From an uncultured Erysipelotrichia bacterium (GTDB lineage: Bacteria; Bacillota_I; Bacilli_A; JBKEDG01), in NCBI GenBank assembly GCA_964593055.1, contig CAZQIG010000006.1:28668-92667 (forward strand): a stretch of DNA of 64,000 nt, read 5' to 3'. Position 1 is the stretch's first letter; each line of letters begins with the position of its first letter. A program made the position numbers and the translations under genes. Under the pieces are notes generated by a model. It worked only from the letters and a program-made list of their open reading frames with translations, searched no databases and was not told where the DNA came from. Positions 19,110 to 28,583 of this stretch are shown piece after piece.

Positions 19110-19956
19110 AAAAAACAGTTCAAGTGATGAAACATACATTATCGACGACTTTAAAGTTTTAAAAAACCAAAAGTTCTTACAAAGACTGATTAATGGATCA
19201 GTCTTTGTTTTTATCTTGTTTGGAGCAATATTTGGGTATACATCTTTAGTATCAGATGATAGCGAAAATGTAACCTATGAAGATGATAATGAATATATTA
19301 CAGAAAGAGTATTTATGGAAAACTTTTTAAATTATTACTTTTCTAGTGAGAAAACAGAAGAAATGATTAATTATTTAGATAATCACTCTGTGAATACTTT
19401 AAACAAATTTAATTGCCTAGAGAAATGTATAGTTCAAGAAGTGAAAATTGAAAGCATTGTTTCAGACAACAGAATAGAAGAGAATGAATTAATTTCTACA
19501 GGGTCATTAAAAATTAATGATATTTTTTATGAATTTGAAGTAATTAGTAAGGCAGATAAATTGATTATAAAAACAATTAGCTTATTTGAAATAGAGAAAA
19601 TTAATTATCTAGAAGAAGATTTAAGTAATGATATAAGTAGCCAATTTATCGATTTAGAACCAGTAACAAATGAAGAGTTATCACAAGCTTTAGAATTGCT
19701 TAAAATTTTCTTTAATACATATAATAGTGACTTTGAAAATTCAAAATATTTATATTCTGGAATATCTAAGCTTCATAATGGTGTTTATTATGATGTAGCA
19801 ACTTTAAATGTTGAAGAAAGTGGTAAAGATGCAAATGGTGTAAAGCTTTTAATTGCGATTGAAGAACATGTTGAGAACATTGGAAGTTTTAAAGTGAATA
19901 TGTTAATTGAGATTGATTTATCAAAAAATAAAATTATAAAGATTGAAATAAATTAA
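19099..19956 (+). CDS. Membrane-anchored hypothetical protein
   Basis: A single TM helix (residues about 35-55) followed by an acidic soluble domain. Confidence 0.4.
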   Translation: MLGRKNSSSDETYIIDDFKVLKNQKFLQRLINGSVFVFILFGAIFGYTSLVSDDSENVTYEDDNEYITERVFMENFLNYYFSSEKTEEMINYLDNHSVNTLNKFNCLEKCIVQEVKIESIVSDNRIEENELISTGSLKINDIFYEFEVISKADKLIIKTISLFEIEKINYLEEDLSNDISSQFIDLEPVTNEELSQALELLKIFFNTYNSDFENSKYLYSGISKLHNGVYYDVATLNVEESGKDANGVKLLIAIEEHVENIGSFKVNMLIEIDLSKNKIIKIEIN

Positions 19957-19966
19957 GGAGGAAAAG

Positions 19967-20290
19967 ATGATTAATTTATTAGTTTCAAGTGGCAAGATAA
20001 GTGCAATATTTGAAATACCTATTGTTGGTGTTTTAATAGATATTATATTGTATGTTGTTATTATTGTCGCTTTTTTTAAAACAATTAGTAAAATACCTTC
20101 AGAATATAAAAGCAAAGGACTTAAGGGAATTATTAATGAAATACTACTATTACTGCTTTGTATTGTCTTAATTGCTTCATTATTAACAGGTTTTCTGATT
20201 GATGTTATTGATTTAATAGAATATATTGTAGTGTTGGTATGGGACAAAATAAAAGAAAGTATCAAATGGATAGTTGACTTAATCTTATGA
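19967..20290 (+). CDS. Small two- to three-TM membrane protein (VirB3/TcpE-like position ahead of VirB4)
   Basis: 107 aa and hydrophobic, immediately upstream of the VirB4-like ATPase. Confidence 0.35.
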   Translation: MINLLVSSGKISAIFEIPIVGVLIDIILYVVIIVAFFKTISKIPSEYKSKGLKGIINEILLLLLCIVLIASLLTGFLIDVIDLIEYIVVLVWDKIKESIKWIVDLIL

Positions 20291-20709
20291 AAGCTTATAA
20301 TTATTCAATTGTTTTTCAAACAGAAGAAAAATTTGTAATACCTTTCACAAATTTTAAGATAAAAAATAAATTTTATTTAGTTATTAGTGTTACTGTAAGT
20401 TTGTTAATCGTTACACTATTCCTATTAATATTTAAGAGAGTTTTTTATGGCAGAATACTGCTATTTTTATCAATTGCAATATTTATGATGATTAATGCAA
20501 GTTTTGTTTTTATAATTACTTCTGTTAATAGTGAAACGCAAAACTTAAAGATCCAGGAGTTCTATTATCAAAATATTAGAAAATATAAAAATGTAGTTGA
20601 TAGACGAGGTCAACAACATTTTTTAATTGTTAGGAAGTATCAACGTAACTTAGTTTATTTAGGAGGTGAGTATTATAAATTATTTGGGATCAAACGTGAA
20701 GATGATTGA
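20287..20709 (+). CDS. Small two-TM membrane protein
   Basis: A 140-aa ORF coupled to its neighbours. Confidence 0.35.
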   Translation: MKAYNYSIVFQTEEKFVIPFTNFKIKNKFYLVISVTVSLLIVTLFLLIFKRVFYGRILLFLSIAIFMMINASFVFIITSVNSETQNLKIQEFYYQNIRKYKNVVDRRGQQHFLIVRKYQRNLVYLGGEYYKLFGIKREDD

Positions 20710-22987
20710 TGAAAATGTTTTTTACAGTAATGAGACAGTAGGCTATGTTTATAAATGTGAGATGATCAATACACTTTATAGTAATCATAATATTAGTGAC
20801 AGCTTCAGTGAGTTATTTAAAAAGATAAACATGCCTGCTAATATTTATATTGTTCCTAAACGTTTAGACACTAAGAAAATTTGGAAGAATTATAAAAAGC
20901 AGATTAAAACAGTAGATGGGTATGGTAGATTACAAAAGAGATACTTGAAACAAACTCAGAAATTAGTCAATAAATATAAATATTATAACTACGATATTTA
21001 CATAGTGTTTCTGGAATATCATAAGAAGGGTGGATTGGAGAAAAAGGAACGATTACAAATTTTTCAAAATGAGTATCAATTATCTAGTAAACAAATAAGG
21101 TTGTTAAATTTAATTAATGAAGAAATGACGAAAAAGAGTCAGACTATTTTTGGAGAAAAATTTAGAAAATCTAGCTTAAAAGATACAAAGTTTTTATTTG
21201 AGTATCTATGTTTACCGACAGATGAAATAGTTCAAAATTTTGTTTCTAAACCTTCAGCTAATCACATAGAATATATTTATGAAAAAAATGGAGTGACCAA
21301 AAAGCTTTATACAAGAAGCTTTATTGTGAAGAGTTTTCCTGAGAAAACAGCAGGATTTAATATTTTTAAAGAAGCTAAAAACTTAGGAATTCCAGTAGAA
21401 GTGATTGTCAAAACAGAACCTAATTTAAATAATTTTAAAATGCAAAATAAGATTAAAAAGCAGAAAAATCTTTTACGTAAATATTTACAGAAATATAAAA
21501 GAGATAATGAAATAAGTGATGATGATTATGAACAGGCAAATTATATGGCCAATATTGCTAATAATGAGATGAAAGACATGGATAAGATGATTATCGACAC
21601 ACAGATGATTATTAGGTTAAAAGGTGATAATTTAGAAACTTTAGAAAAATATTCTGAGAAAATTGTCATGAAATTTCTTTCTGAAAAGATTCAGTTAGTT
21701 TCATTATTAGGACTACAGCAGATTTGTCAAAAACATATTTTACCACAACATAATTTAATAGCGAATAATATTCATAATTTAGATAACAATTATTTTGATT
21801 TCTTTAATTTATTGGGTGGACTTAAAATAGGTGATGATGATGGAATAATTACAAACTACGTATTTCAAAATAAAAAGCCTGTTTTAGGATATGAATTTAA
21901 TCCATTGAAAGGGGTTACTAATGCTACTACCGCTAACATGCTGTATAGTGGTGTTAGTGGTAGTGGGAAAAGTCAATTAGCTAATGGCGACATTTTTAGG
22001 TTGTTATTATTTGAACAAGCTAAAACATTATTAATTGATCCTAAAGGAGATCGCAAAGGCTTTTCTAAAAAGATTAAAGATGCAGAATCATTAATAAATG
22101 AAATTGTGATTGGTAGTGATTTGAAATATAAAGGGTGTTTAGATGTTTTTAAGTCGCGTGACAATGATTCTGAAGTTCTAACAAAGTTGATAGATATAAT
22201 TATTAGTTTAGTTAGAGCGAGTAATGAAATAGTTGTAAAAACAGAACATATTACAAATGCTTATCATGAATATATTTCTAAAGATAGTACAAAGAAATGT
22301 TTTTGTGACTTCTTAGAAGTTTATAAGAAGTATGATGAGGATATTTATTATAACTTGAAGGCTTTAGAGAATGTTCAACATGCTAATTTGTTTTTTGGTG
22401 AACAAGCTTCAAATGAGTTTGATTTTTCAAAGAAATTTACAATTATTATTTTAGAGAAAGTGAATTTAAGTATGACAGATTCATTTACTAATAAATTAAT
22501 TAAAGTTGTGATGGATAATGTTGATAGTATTACTTATCAATTTATGAGAAAAGATGGTATTGAAAAGAAAGTTGTTGCTTTTGAAGAATATGAATACTTT
22601 AAAAATCTTATGAATTCAGCAGAAAAAATGGTTAATAGTATGATTAGATTAGTTAGAGGTTTTGGTGGACTATTAAAATTAATTACTCAACAATTTAGTG
22701 ATGTGTCAATTGCTATTTTAGATCAGATGGGGCAGTTTTATATTGGCAGAATGAAAAGTGTGAGTGAACTAAAGCTAGTATGTGAGTATTTTGATTTAAA
22801 TTTTGAAAAGTTCAAATTTTTGATTAAGAAAGATGACCAAGTAGAAACAGAACAAGAAAAATATAGATTCCTGTACGTAGATTATAATAATCGAAAAAGC
22901 ATTGTTAGACAACAATTTTTAGATATGTTTCAAACAGCATTTACTACTCATTTGAAAAGAGATGATGTTTATGAAAAACGTGTTTAA
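20666..22987 (+). CDS. VirB4-family conjugative T4SS ATPase
   Basis: 773 aa. Walker A GVSGSGKS sits in the C-terminal half and DE-type Walker B regions follow. Size and domain order match VirB4/TrsE/ConE. The exact start codon is uncertain (GTG at 20666 or ATG at 20702). Confidence 0.55.
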   Translation: MSIINYLGSNVKMIDENVFYSNETVGYVYKCEMINTLYSNHNISDSFSELFKKINMPANIYIVPKRLDTKKIWKNYKKQIKTVDGYGRLQKRYLKQTQKLVNKYKYYNYDIYIVFLEYHKKGGLEKKERLQIFQNEYQLSSKQIRLLNLINEEMTKKSQTIFGEKFRKSSLKDTKFLFEYLCLPTDEIVQNFVSKPSANHIEYIYEKNGVTKKLYTRSFIVKSFPEKTAGFNIFKEAKNLGIPVEVIVKTEPNLNNFKMQNKIKKQKNLLRKYLQKYKRDNEISDDDYEQANYMANIANNEMKDMDKMIIDTQMIIRLKGDNLETLEKYSEKIVMKFLSEKIQLVSLLGLQQICQKHILPQHNLIANNIHNLDNNYFDFFNLLGGLKIGDDDGIITNYVFQNKKPVLGYEFNPLKGVTNATTANMLYSGVSGSGKSQLANGDIFRLLLFEQAKTLLIDPKGDRKGFSKKIKDAESLINEIVIGSDLKYKGCLDVFKSRDNDSEVLTKLIDIIISLVRASNEIVVKTEHITNAYHEYISKDSTKKCFCDFLEVYKKYDEDIYYNLKALENVQHANLFFGEQASNEFDFSKKFTIIILEKVNLSMTDSFTNKLIKVVMDNVDSITYQFMRKDGIEKKVVAFEEYEYFKNLMNSAEKMVNSMIRLVRGFGGLLKLITQQFSDVSIAILDQMGQFYIGRMKSVSELKLVCEYFDLNFEKFKFLIKKDDQVETEQEKYRFLYVDYNNRKSIVRQQFLDMFQTAFTTHLKRDDVYEKRV

Positions 22988-24743
22988 GACTTGCTGTGTT
23001 TTACTTTTAACTTTAAATTTATCTAGTTCTGTTTTAGCAGAAGAACAACAAGATGATTGTGAAAATTCGGAATGGGAATGTTATGAAGAATACGCTACAG
23101 AACTTGATGAAACAGAAGCAAACTTTTTCTCTAAATCATTCATATCCAATGATGAAGAAATAAGAGAGTTAGAATTGGAAGAATTTTATGTGAAATATTT
23201 TTTTGAAACAGCAACAGTACCTTATCAAGCAGTTGATACATTTGGGGTTGATGTTGTTGAAAATTCCATCTTAACTATTATTATTGCTGCTGCAACTTTA
23301 TTAGAATTTGTGGGCTTGATGTTTACACTACTGATTATGATAGTTACTAACTTAGTAGAAAATAATTTCTTTGTAAATATAGTTATTGAAGGTGTTAACA
23401 GTTTGTTGGACATCGTATTTGATTTTGATAATCCTACAGGTACTTTTGCAATAATAGTTATTTTTATCACATTAATTAGTATTATTAGAGAAATTTTTAA
23501 GATTATTAGTAATAGTTTGCACCACTTCAACAAAGACTTTTTTATTAAGTCATTTAGAAAGATGATTATTGCTATTTTTATAGTTATTGGTTACACTTCG
23601 ATTTTGCCAATTTACAATGATATTAGTAATTCATTAGAAGAATTTATCATGACAACCATTTTTCAAAGTGAAGAAGAAATTGAGAATGAAACTCCGTATG
23701 AAATTACAGCTAAAAGAGAAATTTTTAATGCAATGCAATTCTATCCGTATATGCAGAAAAATTTTTGTGTGGCGACAATTGATGAACTTGCTGAGAAAGA
23801 TCAAATGAATATTGAAGAAACTAACAATAGAGTTACAGGAGTATTAGTCTTGGATGCAGGTGCTATCGGAAGAGAAGTGGATGATTATAATAATGAATGT
23901 ATTACACAGTCAGTTGCAACTGGATTTTTAAGTTTAGCTTTCTCATTAATATTCTTTATTCATAAACTCCTTTTCTTTGTATTAATCTTTATTTTGAAAA
24001 TTATGCTATTAATCATTAATTTGTTAGCAGAATTAGTCATCGTATTTTTATTCATTCCACTAATTCTTTTAATTTATGATAACAGTAGTAAAATTAGTAC
24101 TGTAATTATTAAGAGAATAGAATGGGTTTTAGCCTTAATAGTTGTTGAGGTTATTTTTACATTTATCATTACAATTTTATCGAGTATTGTTTTCAAGCTA
24201 TTATCTATCAATATGTTTTTATTACTAACGTTTGATATTACACTAATATTAATTGGTGTTCTAATTTATTCTAATCGTGAAGTTATTGCAGAATTTGCTT
24301 CTAAAATGATTGCTAATAATGCACTTAAAGGAATTTTAACAGGCAATTATTCTGTAAAAGAAGGATATAGTGATGTTAAAAGTGCAACTCTAAAAATTCA
24401 AGAAAATATCTCTAAAGTGTTCTCGCAAAAAACAGAAATTATTGACGAGGATGAAAAAACAAATGATAATGAAAGTACTTCTAATATAGAAAGTTTTGAT
24501 GAGAATTTGATGGTGAAAACTGAACATAACCAAAGAGATAATCATGATAAGGAGGATATGAAAGCTGAGAATACAAATGATGATTTGAATATAGTACAAG
24601 AAGAAGTTGATGATGTAGAAGATAACATTAAAATTGAAAATGATAATTTTTCTGCAGAGAATAATTTGGATATAAATGAAGACTTAGTTTTGAATGATGA
24701 GGAAACACATACTGGTGATAGTGATGAGGATGATAATTTATGA
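22962..24743 (+). CDS. VirB6-like polytopic membrane protein with an acidic C-terminal tail
   Basis: A signal peptide, six or more TM helices, then a D/E-rich C-terminus, lying between VirB4 and the cell-wall hydrolase. Confidence 0.45.
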   Translation: MMFMKNVFKTCCVLLLTLNLSSSVLAEEQQDDCENSEWECYEEYATELDETEANFFSKSFISNDEEIRELELEEFYVKYFFETATVPYQAVDTFGVDVVENSILTIIIAAATLLEFVGLMFTLLIMIVTNLVENNFFVNIVIEGVNSLLDIVFDFDNPTGTFAIIVIFITLISIIREIFKIISNSLHHFNKDFFIKSFRKMIIAIFIVIGYTSILPIYNDISNSLEEFIMTTIFQSEEEIENETPYEITAKREIFNAMQFYPYMQKNFCVATIDELAEKDQMNIEETNNRVTGVLVLDAGAIGREVDDYNNECITQSVATGFLSLAFSLIFFIHKLLFFVLIFILKIMLLIINLLAELVIVFLFIPLILLIYDNSSKISTVIIKRIEWVLALIVVEVIFTFIITILSSIVFKLLSINMFLLLTFDITLILIGVLIYSNREVIAEFASKMIANNALKGILTGNYSVKEGYSDVKSATLKIQENISKVFSQKTEIIDEDEKTNDNESTSNIESFDENLMVKTEHNQRDNHDKEDMKAENTNDDLNIVQEEVDDVEDNIKIENDNFSAENNLDINEDLVLNDEETHTGDSDEDDNL

Positions 24744-25303
24744 AAAATACTACTAAATTAGCAATTTTAATTAAACTATCACCAATAATTATTATTATAT
24801 CAATATTTTTGTTTGTACTTATTACAATTTCTTCAACAGTTATAAACAATCTTTATACAACAAGTCATAAGACAAATTATGATTCATATATTACCGATAG
24901 TGAAATCAATTTACCATTAAAGCAACTAGTAGTTACTTCTTCATACGGACAAAGATGGGGTAGACTTCATAAGGGAACAGACTATGATTGTGTGAATATT
25001 GCAGATGATGGAGCAAGAGAAGATGATTTAATATATGTAATTTTGCCGGGAAAGGTTACATATGTTAGAGATAGTGTTCAATATGGAAACATTATTAAAA
25101 TTGATCATGGAGTAGTAAATGGTAAACATTTAGAATCAATCTATATTCATATGTATAAAAACTTTGTTAGTGTTAGTGATAAAGTTGAAAAAGGGGAAGC
25201 ATTAGGAGTATGTGGAACAACTGGACGTTCTACTGGAACACATTTACATCTAGAATTAAAAGTTGATGGTGAATATGTTGATCCCCACAAATTTTTTGAA
25301 TGA
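24740..25303 (+). CDS. M23 (LytM-type) peptidoglycan endopeptidase, membrane anchored
   Basis: An N-terminal TM helix, then the M23 motifs HKGTDY and TGRSTGTHLHLE. This is the usual position of the conjugation-associated cell-wall hydrolase. Confidence 0.65.
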   Translation: MKNTTKLAILIKLSPIIIIISIFLFVLITISSTVINNLYTTSHKTNYDSYITDSEINLPLKQLVVTSSYGQRWGRLHKGTDYDCVNIADDGAREDDLIYVILPGKVTYVRDSVQYGNIIKIDHGVVNGKHLESIYIHMYKNFVSVSDKVEKGEALGVCGTTGRSTGTHLHLELKVDGEYVDPHKFFE

Positions 25304-25323
25304 TATAAGTAGAGGTAGGTGAT

Positions 25324-26067
25324 ATGATGATTGAACAATATCTCAAAAGAGAGCAGAAAAGATACTCTTTAATAAAAAAGGCTAGAATAATTATAGTTAT
25401 TCTGGTCTTTTTCATCTTTTTAGTTATAATCTATCTTAGGTTTGAAACTAGTGAAAAACATACCATATTTTTAGAATATGCAGGTGTAGAAGAAAAACTT
25501 AAATGTGATGAGGGTGTCTATCTAGAAAAATGCTTAATAGATAAAAATATTGAGAAATATGATTTATTATTTATTAATAATAAAGAAGCTACATATGATG
25601 AATTTATTTATTATCAATCAGAGGATACAATTAATGTTAAAGTCATAAAAGTAGATAAAGTATATGATTTTGAAACTGAGGTTATTAAGTTTCAAATTGA
25701 GGAGAAAAAAGATAATACATTGATGGAGGGAGAGACTAAACTAGATATAAAAGGAATAGACGGTGAGAAATTATTAATATATCAAGTAATTTATCATAAC
25801 GGTATATTATATGAAAAGGTTCAAATTAAGGAAAAAATAACTAATCCAACTAATCAAGTAGTTTTAGTAGGTACAAAAGTAGTTTCGACCACAAATAGTA
25901 TAAATGCTAGTGAAGTTAAAAGAAATGATTATAAAGCTAATAGTAAAAAATCAAATAGTGAATCAGATGAAAAAATAGACAATCCATCAAATACTATTCA
26001 TCAAGAAGAAACAATAGAAGAGAAGTGTACTATTACTATCAATGGTAAAGAATATGACTGTGATTGA
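25324..26067 (+). CDS. Membrane-anchored G5-domain protein
   Basis: An N-terminal TM helix and a G5-like block (LDIKGIDGEKLLIYQVIYHNGILYEKVQIKEKITNPTNQVVLVGTK). Confidence 0.4.
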   Translation: MMIEQYLKREQKRYSLIKKARIIIVILVFFIFLVIIYLRFETSEKHTIFLEYAGVEEKLKCDEGVYLEKCLIDKNIEKYDLLFINNKEATYDEFIYYQSEDTINVKVIKVDKVYDFETEVIKFQIEEKKDNTLMEGETKLDIKGIDGEKLLIYQVIYHNGILYEKVQIKEKITNPTNQVVLVGTKVVSTTNSINASEVKRNDYKANSKKSNSESDEKIDNPSNTIHQEETIEEKCTITINGKEYDCD

Positions 26068-26184
26068 ATTAAAAAGATAGATTAGAAATATTGTAAAAAA
26101 GTCAGCTTAATAATTTAAATGTATTTTACACTACCTATTATTATGATAAAATTGTATTATAAAGAACTTAAAGGGGAAATGATA

Positions 26185-27381
26185 ATGAACATTTTAAAAA
26201 AAATATTGATTGTTGGAAATGGATATGACCTTTGGTGTGGAATGAAAACAAGTTATGGAGATTATAAAGAATGGTTAGAGAACTATTTATATCAAAATAG
26301 TACTTATATTACCAATACTATTGTTAGAATTGCAGTAGATGAAGGGATATCTAGGGAAGTTTTTAGTAATGATAAAAGTGCGCTTGAATATGGACATAGC
26401 TTAAGATTGGCAGATTTTAAAAATAGATCGATAGTAAGATTATACCTTAATAAAGATAATGAAAGTGAATGGATATCAGCACTATATTCTTACAGTGTAT
26501 CTTTCTTTAAGTGTGAAAATTCAGAATTTGACTCAAAAATGACAAGAATAAATAATGAATTAGGATATACAACAGGTAAATCGGAATTAAATATTTTGTT
26601 TTTTTATTTTATGTTATTTTCAAACATTTCTTCAAAATATGGGTATACAAATGAAAGTTGGGGTTGTTTAGAGAGTAGTTTGAATCATTTTTATAATGAT
26701 AGTGAATTTCAAGCTTTAAAAACGTTTAGTAGTATAAGTTCGTATATTATTATTAGTTTTAAGCTATTTAAACAACATTTTGTTACTTATTTTATTGAAA
26801 GAGCCATTGCTCAAAGCTCTATTCAAAATCTAAATAAAAGACGTCCACATAACCTTAAAAATATGAATGATTATGTAGTCGTAGATTTTAACTATACAAA
26901 TAGATGGGAATTGTTCACGGATAGTTATTTAAAGATTCATGGAACAATTAAAGATAACTCAAATATTGTTTTTGGTGCAAATTTGAATATTAATAAAAAG
27001 GTAGACACTTTAAAACTAGTTTTGGATAAAAAGTATCAAAAAATGTTTTTGAAAAGTTCGGAAGCTAGAAATGATTTCTTGAATAAAATTACTGAAATAT
27101 ATACGCTAGGATTTAGCTTTTCACAAAACGATGACTATTTTATTCATGGAATACTCCATGCCAATCCAGAAATTAAAATAAATATAATTGACTTTGAAAA
27201 TGGGTATGATGAATCTGAGGATAGATTTGTCATTAATCAATTACAAGGATTGTATAGATCACTATCAGCATATGAGCATGATAAAAAAATATTAGAATTA
27301 AAAATATATCGAGATGAAATAAAAATAATTTCGGAACAAAATTTTGATAGAATGTTAAGAGGGAAAGAAATGATTTTATAA
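26185..27381 (+). CDS. AbiH-like abortive-infection family protein
   Basis: The N-terminus LIVGNGYDLWCGMKTSYGDYKEWL matches the AbiH N-terminal signature (IIGNGFDL..GL.TSY.dF). The start was moved to the ATG of MNILKK, which has better RBS spacing. Confidence 0.4.
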   Translation: MNILKKILIVGNGYDLWCGMKTSYGDYKEWLENYLYQNSTYITNTIVRIAVDEGISREVFSNDKSALEYGHSLRLADFKNRSIVRLYLNKDNESEWISALYSYSVSFFKCENSEFDSKMTRINNELGYTTGKSELNILFFYFMLFSNISSKYGYTNESWGCLESSLNHFYNDSEFQALKTFSSISSYIIISFKLFKQHFVTYFIERAIAQSSIQNLNKRRPHNLKNMNDYVVVDFNYTNRWELFTDSYLKIHGTIKDNSNIVFGANLNINKKVDTLKLVLDKKYQKMFLKSSEARNDFLNKITEIYTLGFSFSQNDDYFIHGILHANPEIKINIIDFENGYDESEDRFVINQLQGLYRSLSAYEHDKKILELKIYRDEIKIISEQNFDRMLRGKEMIL

Positions 27382-27409
27382 ATACAAAAAACTTTTGAGG
27401 GGGTTTAAT

Positions 27410-27919
27410 ATGAAAATATACTGTTGGTTTGATACGTCATTTGTAATAAATTTAATTACTATGAATGAAGAGCTATTTAAAAAATTTATTGATTTTTATA
27501 GCAATGATAGTTATGAAATAATAATATCAAGTATAGTAATAGATGAATTGAAAAGAAATAAGAAAAAGATTTTTTCCAAAAATTCAGAATATTTGAATTT
27601 AGATAGAGAAAAAAAAGCAATAACTTCGCTTACTGATAGTATGAAAAAAATAATAGTTCATTCTTGGCATTATGATACTGGAATTAGTGAAATATCATTT
27701 CGTGGACTAGTAATGAGCTTAGAAGATTGTGTAAGAATATGGAGTGAAAAAAATGATGTTCAATTGGATGAAAATCAAAAAAGTAATCAAAAAAACTATT
27801 ATGAATTTCTTAAATTTGTAAATGATTGTGTTTTGGAAATATCTGATTCTCAAAAAGTGAATTATTTTATAAAAGCACAAGCAAGATTAGAACTAAACAT
27901 ACCACCTGGTTATATATAA
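27410..27919 (+). CDS. PIN-like domain protein, possibly the N-terminal part of a frameshifted gene
   Basis: The D...E pattern MKIYCWFDTSFVIN...IIISSIVIDEL is PIN-like. The next ORF opens in another frame exactly where this one stops. Confidence 0.3.
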   Translation: MKIYCWFDTSFVINLITMNEELFKKFIDFYSNDSYEIIISSIVIDELKRNKKKIFSKNSEYLNLDREKKAITSLTDSMKKIIVHSWHYDTGISEISFRGLVMSLEDCVRIWSEKNDVQLDENQKSNQKNYYEFLKFVNDCVLEISDSQKVNYFIKAQARLELNIPPGYI

Positions 27920-27986
27920 AGATAGATCAAAGAAAACTGATACAAAGTATAATGATATAATAATATGGTTACAACTTATTGATTAT

Positions 27987-28529
27987 ATGAAAAACAAGGC
28001 TTGTTCTAAATTACTTATATTTACTAATGATATTAAAGATAAAGACGAAGAAAGACAAGTAAAAGAGCTTAGAGAAATTTCAAAATATAATAATGAAGTT
28101 ACATTTTATGATTCCAATACTGGTTACGAATCCATTTTAGGTGAATTAAAAGTGCCTAAATCTATTTGGGAAAAAATAAATCATGGTACTAGAGAAAACA
28201 TTGATAAAGAGATTTCTTCTGAAAAGGGGAGTATACTATATGATAAAATTTCTTATTCAGGTATTATGTTAGAGGAAGTTTTTTTTGAAGAAGAAAAAGA
28301 AGAAGGATATAATTTTCGATTTATGTCAAGTGCAGACATTGAAATAACATATGTAACAAAACTAAGGTATTATTATAAGTATACTACTGATTACTCTGAA
28401 TGTGGTAGCGGTTATATAAATGAAATTTTTAAGCTTAAATTTATTTATAATCGTGTTGAAGAAGTATATGTACTTTTAGATAAAGAAATTGATTTTAAAA
28501 TAGAGGAAGATAATAGTAATTTGAACTGA
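27987..28529 (+). CDS. Hypothetical protein, possibly the C-terminal part of the PIN-like gene
   Basis: Its frame is open from 27923, directly after the stop of the previous ORF. Confidence 0.3.
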   Translation: MKNKACSKLLIFTNDIKDKDEERQVKELREISKYNNEVTFYDSNTGYESILGELKVPKSIWEKINHGTRENIDKEISSEKGSILYDKISYSGIMLEEVFFEEEKEEGYNFRFMSSADIEITYVTKLRYYYKYTTDYSECGSGYINEIFKLKFIYNRVEEVYVLLDKEIDFKIEEDNSNLN

Positions 28530-28583
28530 TTATCTAAGTCAAATACAAAAAAGTTTATATGGAATAGATAGAAAGGAGTTTTA

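Noticed and set aside
25147-25415. - strand ORFs of 61-63 aa near the end of the M23 peptidase gene
   Set aside because: They are embedded antisense to a gene with clear M23 motifs.
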